A stretch of DNA of 62,836 bases, counting the filler, from an uncultured bacterium (lineage in GTDB: Bacteria; DAOPZR01): assembly GCA_964637655.1 (NCBI GenBank). It is 6 parts of 6 records of this genome, joined end to end, with 100 filler letters (N's around TTAATTAATTAA, not from the genome) between each part and the next. Parts side by side here need not be neighbours in the genome. Positions count along the whole stretch, not along the records: positions 52,595 to 62,836 come from CAZWUZ010000129.1; 5 more parts are not named here. The stretch is one strand, 5' to 3'. The position numbers and the translations under genes were made by a program. Of the stretch, positions 60,820 to 62,836 are shown one piece after another (within the stretch, counting starts at the first letter, position 1; each line of letters opens with the position of its first letter). The notes under the pieces are model-generated. The model was not told the origin of the DNA. It did not search any database and saw nothing but the letters and a program-made list of their open reading frames with translations.

Positions 60820-62836
60820 CTAGCGACCGGTAAATTCGTCCTCCGCTTCTTCACGTTGCTCCCTGACGATTTGTTGATTCAAGTAATCGATGACATCGTT
60901 CGCCCATATTTTTACATTTGGATTAGAGTGTTGAAGAAAACGAGCGAATAATTCAATCTTTTTCTGATAAATTGGAATACCAGATCCACTATAGATGTCT
61001 GGTCCCATGCTATAAAACAAAGTGCCTAACATTTCCTTATCGTTTCCATAATTATCTATCATATGAAGAGCATATTCGTGCCATTCATAGTCGTTATCAT
61101 TTTTATAAAGGATGGGAATGAAATGAGCAAATATTTTCGGCGCTACATCAGCATTATCTGTTAACCAATGACAAAAGAATTCACGTGGCATTGACGCAAT
61201 AATTCTTTTGTCCGATTCAAATCCATCGATATGCCCCTTGAGCATGTCGATAACATTATGTTTGAAACGGTAATCTTCTGACGTAAGCCCTTTCCAAAAC
61301 TCTCGCCATACAATATGTGAATATTCTTTCATTAAAACGCACAATACCGCATGAAACGTCGAGTCGAAATGCGAAACCAATCTATCGCAGTTGCCTGACT
61401 GTACGATTTCACTTGCAGCATGAAGGGCAAGTTCATCATCTTTTGTTGTCAACAAATCGGTACAGACTAATTGCCAGTGATAATAGTCCCTGACAACAGC
61501 ATTTTCATCTTGAAAAATATCTTTAATCATAATGATTGCACGGAAAGTTGGCATACATTCACGATAACGCTCTTTATTACGAAAGCTGTACATATAGAGA
61601 ATGTCCAGAACTATACGAGATGAATTCGGGTGTGTATTTATTGCCGTCATGCAGAATTCGCAAACCACAGAAACAGGTAACTCGTCAAACATGCAGCCGT
61701 AAGTAAATTTGTTCAGTTCTTCTAAGTCGATTTTACTATTCTTTAACCGAGCTACTATTCGCCCGATGAGTATTTCGTCCGTACGTAACACGCGGAGGAT
61801 TTCATTCACATACCTATCTAACCGGCTATTCGCCTCCATTCGATCCAGTGTGCTATACAGTAATTCCGGGGTCATCTCACGGACAATAGATAGAAACCCC
61901 GTCAACACAATTGGCTCACCACCATTGCCAGATAACGATTCCAATACCCCTAACGATTCATCAATAAATTGTATTTTGTTACTAAGCGCCCGACCAAGTG
62001 AACGTCCAAACGAATATCCTGAATTTTGTTCACCAGAATACACAATTCGAAGGTTCCGATAGAACACATCCGTGCTAGCAGCACATTCGTTTGCTAGGTT
62101 ATCCGCTCGGATCTCGGTGACATTTCTGCGCTCCCCTTCCGCAATCGTTTCCATATCATACTGCGCTCTACTTACGAACATTTCAAGCTTGCCAGGCAAT
62201 GTCGTTGGTTCAAATAGATTCAGCCAACGCTTGACTTGCAGCAATTGTAGCTCCGTTAAATGCCCGTCGGCTCGTTTAATTATTTCCCGGATCATAAAAT
62301 ACATTTCAGGACAATATCCATCAACAGCATTACTGATCTGCGAAAGAGCCGTTTCCACTTCGTTTGCCATACCTTTGAAAGTCAATCCAAATATTCTTTT
62401 CGATATTTCCAAACGAGCCTTAATTGCGTGTTCGCTCGTCCCGATGGCGATATTTGTCAATCGGTTTAAACAACCACGCAGATATTCGTAGACTTCTTTA
62501 TTGGTCTTAGGGTAGTATTCCTCCAATTTCTGCCCAGCTCCCTGATATTCTGGCCCATTTATTCGGTGAAATGGACCGGTTGCCAGTGCTTCCCCCAATA
62601 CTTTAATTATGACATTGTTTTTATGGACACACGTTGTTTGCAAGGCGTCACTAAGAAAAGTGGTGCGTTGTTCTAGGTTCGCCTCTGTCCCGGAAAGTAC
62701 TACATGAAACAATTGCAATAGCTGCCCGGTAGCGCTATTTCCCCAACTTTCATTCTCCGCTGATGCGAATGACAATAGAACCATTGCAGCTTGGGAAAAG
62801 GTCTTTTTTCGGAACGCTAACTTTTCAAGTGCCCAT
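60820..62836 (-). CDS. C-terminal part of a large low-GC helical protein (5' end beyond the window)
   Basis: Frame is open to the window edge (WALEKLAF...AAMVLLSFASAENESWGNSATG...SGTEA); C-terminal YSGS...HSNPNVKIWA; AT-rich codons. Confidence 0.8.
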   Translation of the reverse strand, partial: WALEKLAFRKKTFSQAAMVLLSFASAENESWGNSATGQLLQLFHVVLSGTEANLEQRTTFLSDALQTTCVHKNNVIIKVLGEALATGPFHRINGPEYQGAGQKLEEYYPKTNKEVYEYLRGCLNRLTNIAIGTSEHAIKARLEISKRIFGLTFKGMANEVETALSQISNAVDGYCPEMYFMIREIIKRADGHLTELQLLQVKRWLNLFEPTTLPGKLEMFVSRAQYDMETIAEGERRNVTEIRADNLANECAASTDVFYRNLRIVYSGEQNSGYSFGRSLGRALSNKIQFIDESLGVLESLSGNGGEPIVLTGFLSIVREMTPELLYSTLDRMEANSRLDRYVNEILRVLRTDEILIGRIVARLKNSKIDLEELNKFTYGCMFDELPVSVVCEFCMTAINTHPNSSRIVLDILYMYSFRNKERYRECMPTFRAIIMIKDIFQDENAVVRDYYHWQLVCTDLLTTKDDELALHAASEIVQSGNCDRLVSHFDSTFHAVLCVLMKEYSHIVWREFWKGLTSEDYRFKHNVIDMLKGHIDGFESDKRIIASMPREFFCHWLTDNADVAPKIFAHFIPILYKNDNDYEWHEYALHMIDNYGNDKEMLGTLFYSMGPDIYSGSGIPIYQKKIELFARFLQHSNPNVKIWANDVIDYLNQQIVREQREEAEDEFTGR

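Overview
The window is six unrelated ~10 kb assembly contigs of a high-GC bacterium, probably a MAG. They are joined by artificial 100-nt N/TTAATTAATTAA linkers at 10515-10614, 21113-21212, 31653-31752, 42093-42192 and 52495-52594, so gene order across linkers means nothing. Contig 1: a secreted five-repeat caspase-like protease, plus a pgk-tpiA-gpmI-secG-...-hisC operon. That operon contains an unusual DnaE-type PHP domain, without polymerase catalytic motifs, fused to TPRs. Contig 2: a c-di-GMP/exopolysaccharide locus with a HEAT protein, a GT2 synthase carrying a ~600-aa coiled coil and GYF_2-like tail, OmpA, a receiver, a PAS kinase and an Hpt-REC-GGDEF protein. It is centred on a mirror-duplicated divergent promoter. 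Contig 3: a Ni-less Ehr (Hyf-like) membrane complex, a beta-barrel, an ABC binding lipoprotein and mnmG. Contig 4: ettA, a sigma54 two-component system, a C-N hydrolase, a lone mdcA, a DHH phosphoesterase and a CoA-disulfide reductase. Contig 5: a partly decayed toxin-antitoxin cluster, a PHP gene with an in-frame TGA, an M20 peptidase, and a Cache-sensor + pentameric ligand-gated ion channel pair. Contig 6: a TPR-CHAT protease, radC, a YgjP-like protein, hsdR, and a low-GC two-gene insert (large helical protein + PIN-like protein) upstream of hsdR that is a candidate novel defence system. No rRNA, tRNA or CRISPR array was recognised. All family calls come from reading motifs by eye, not from database searches.
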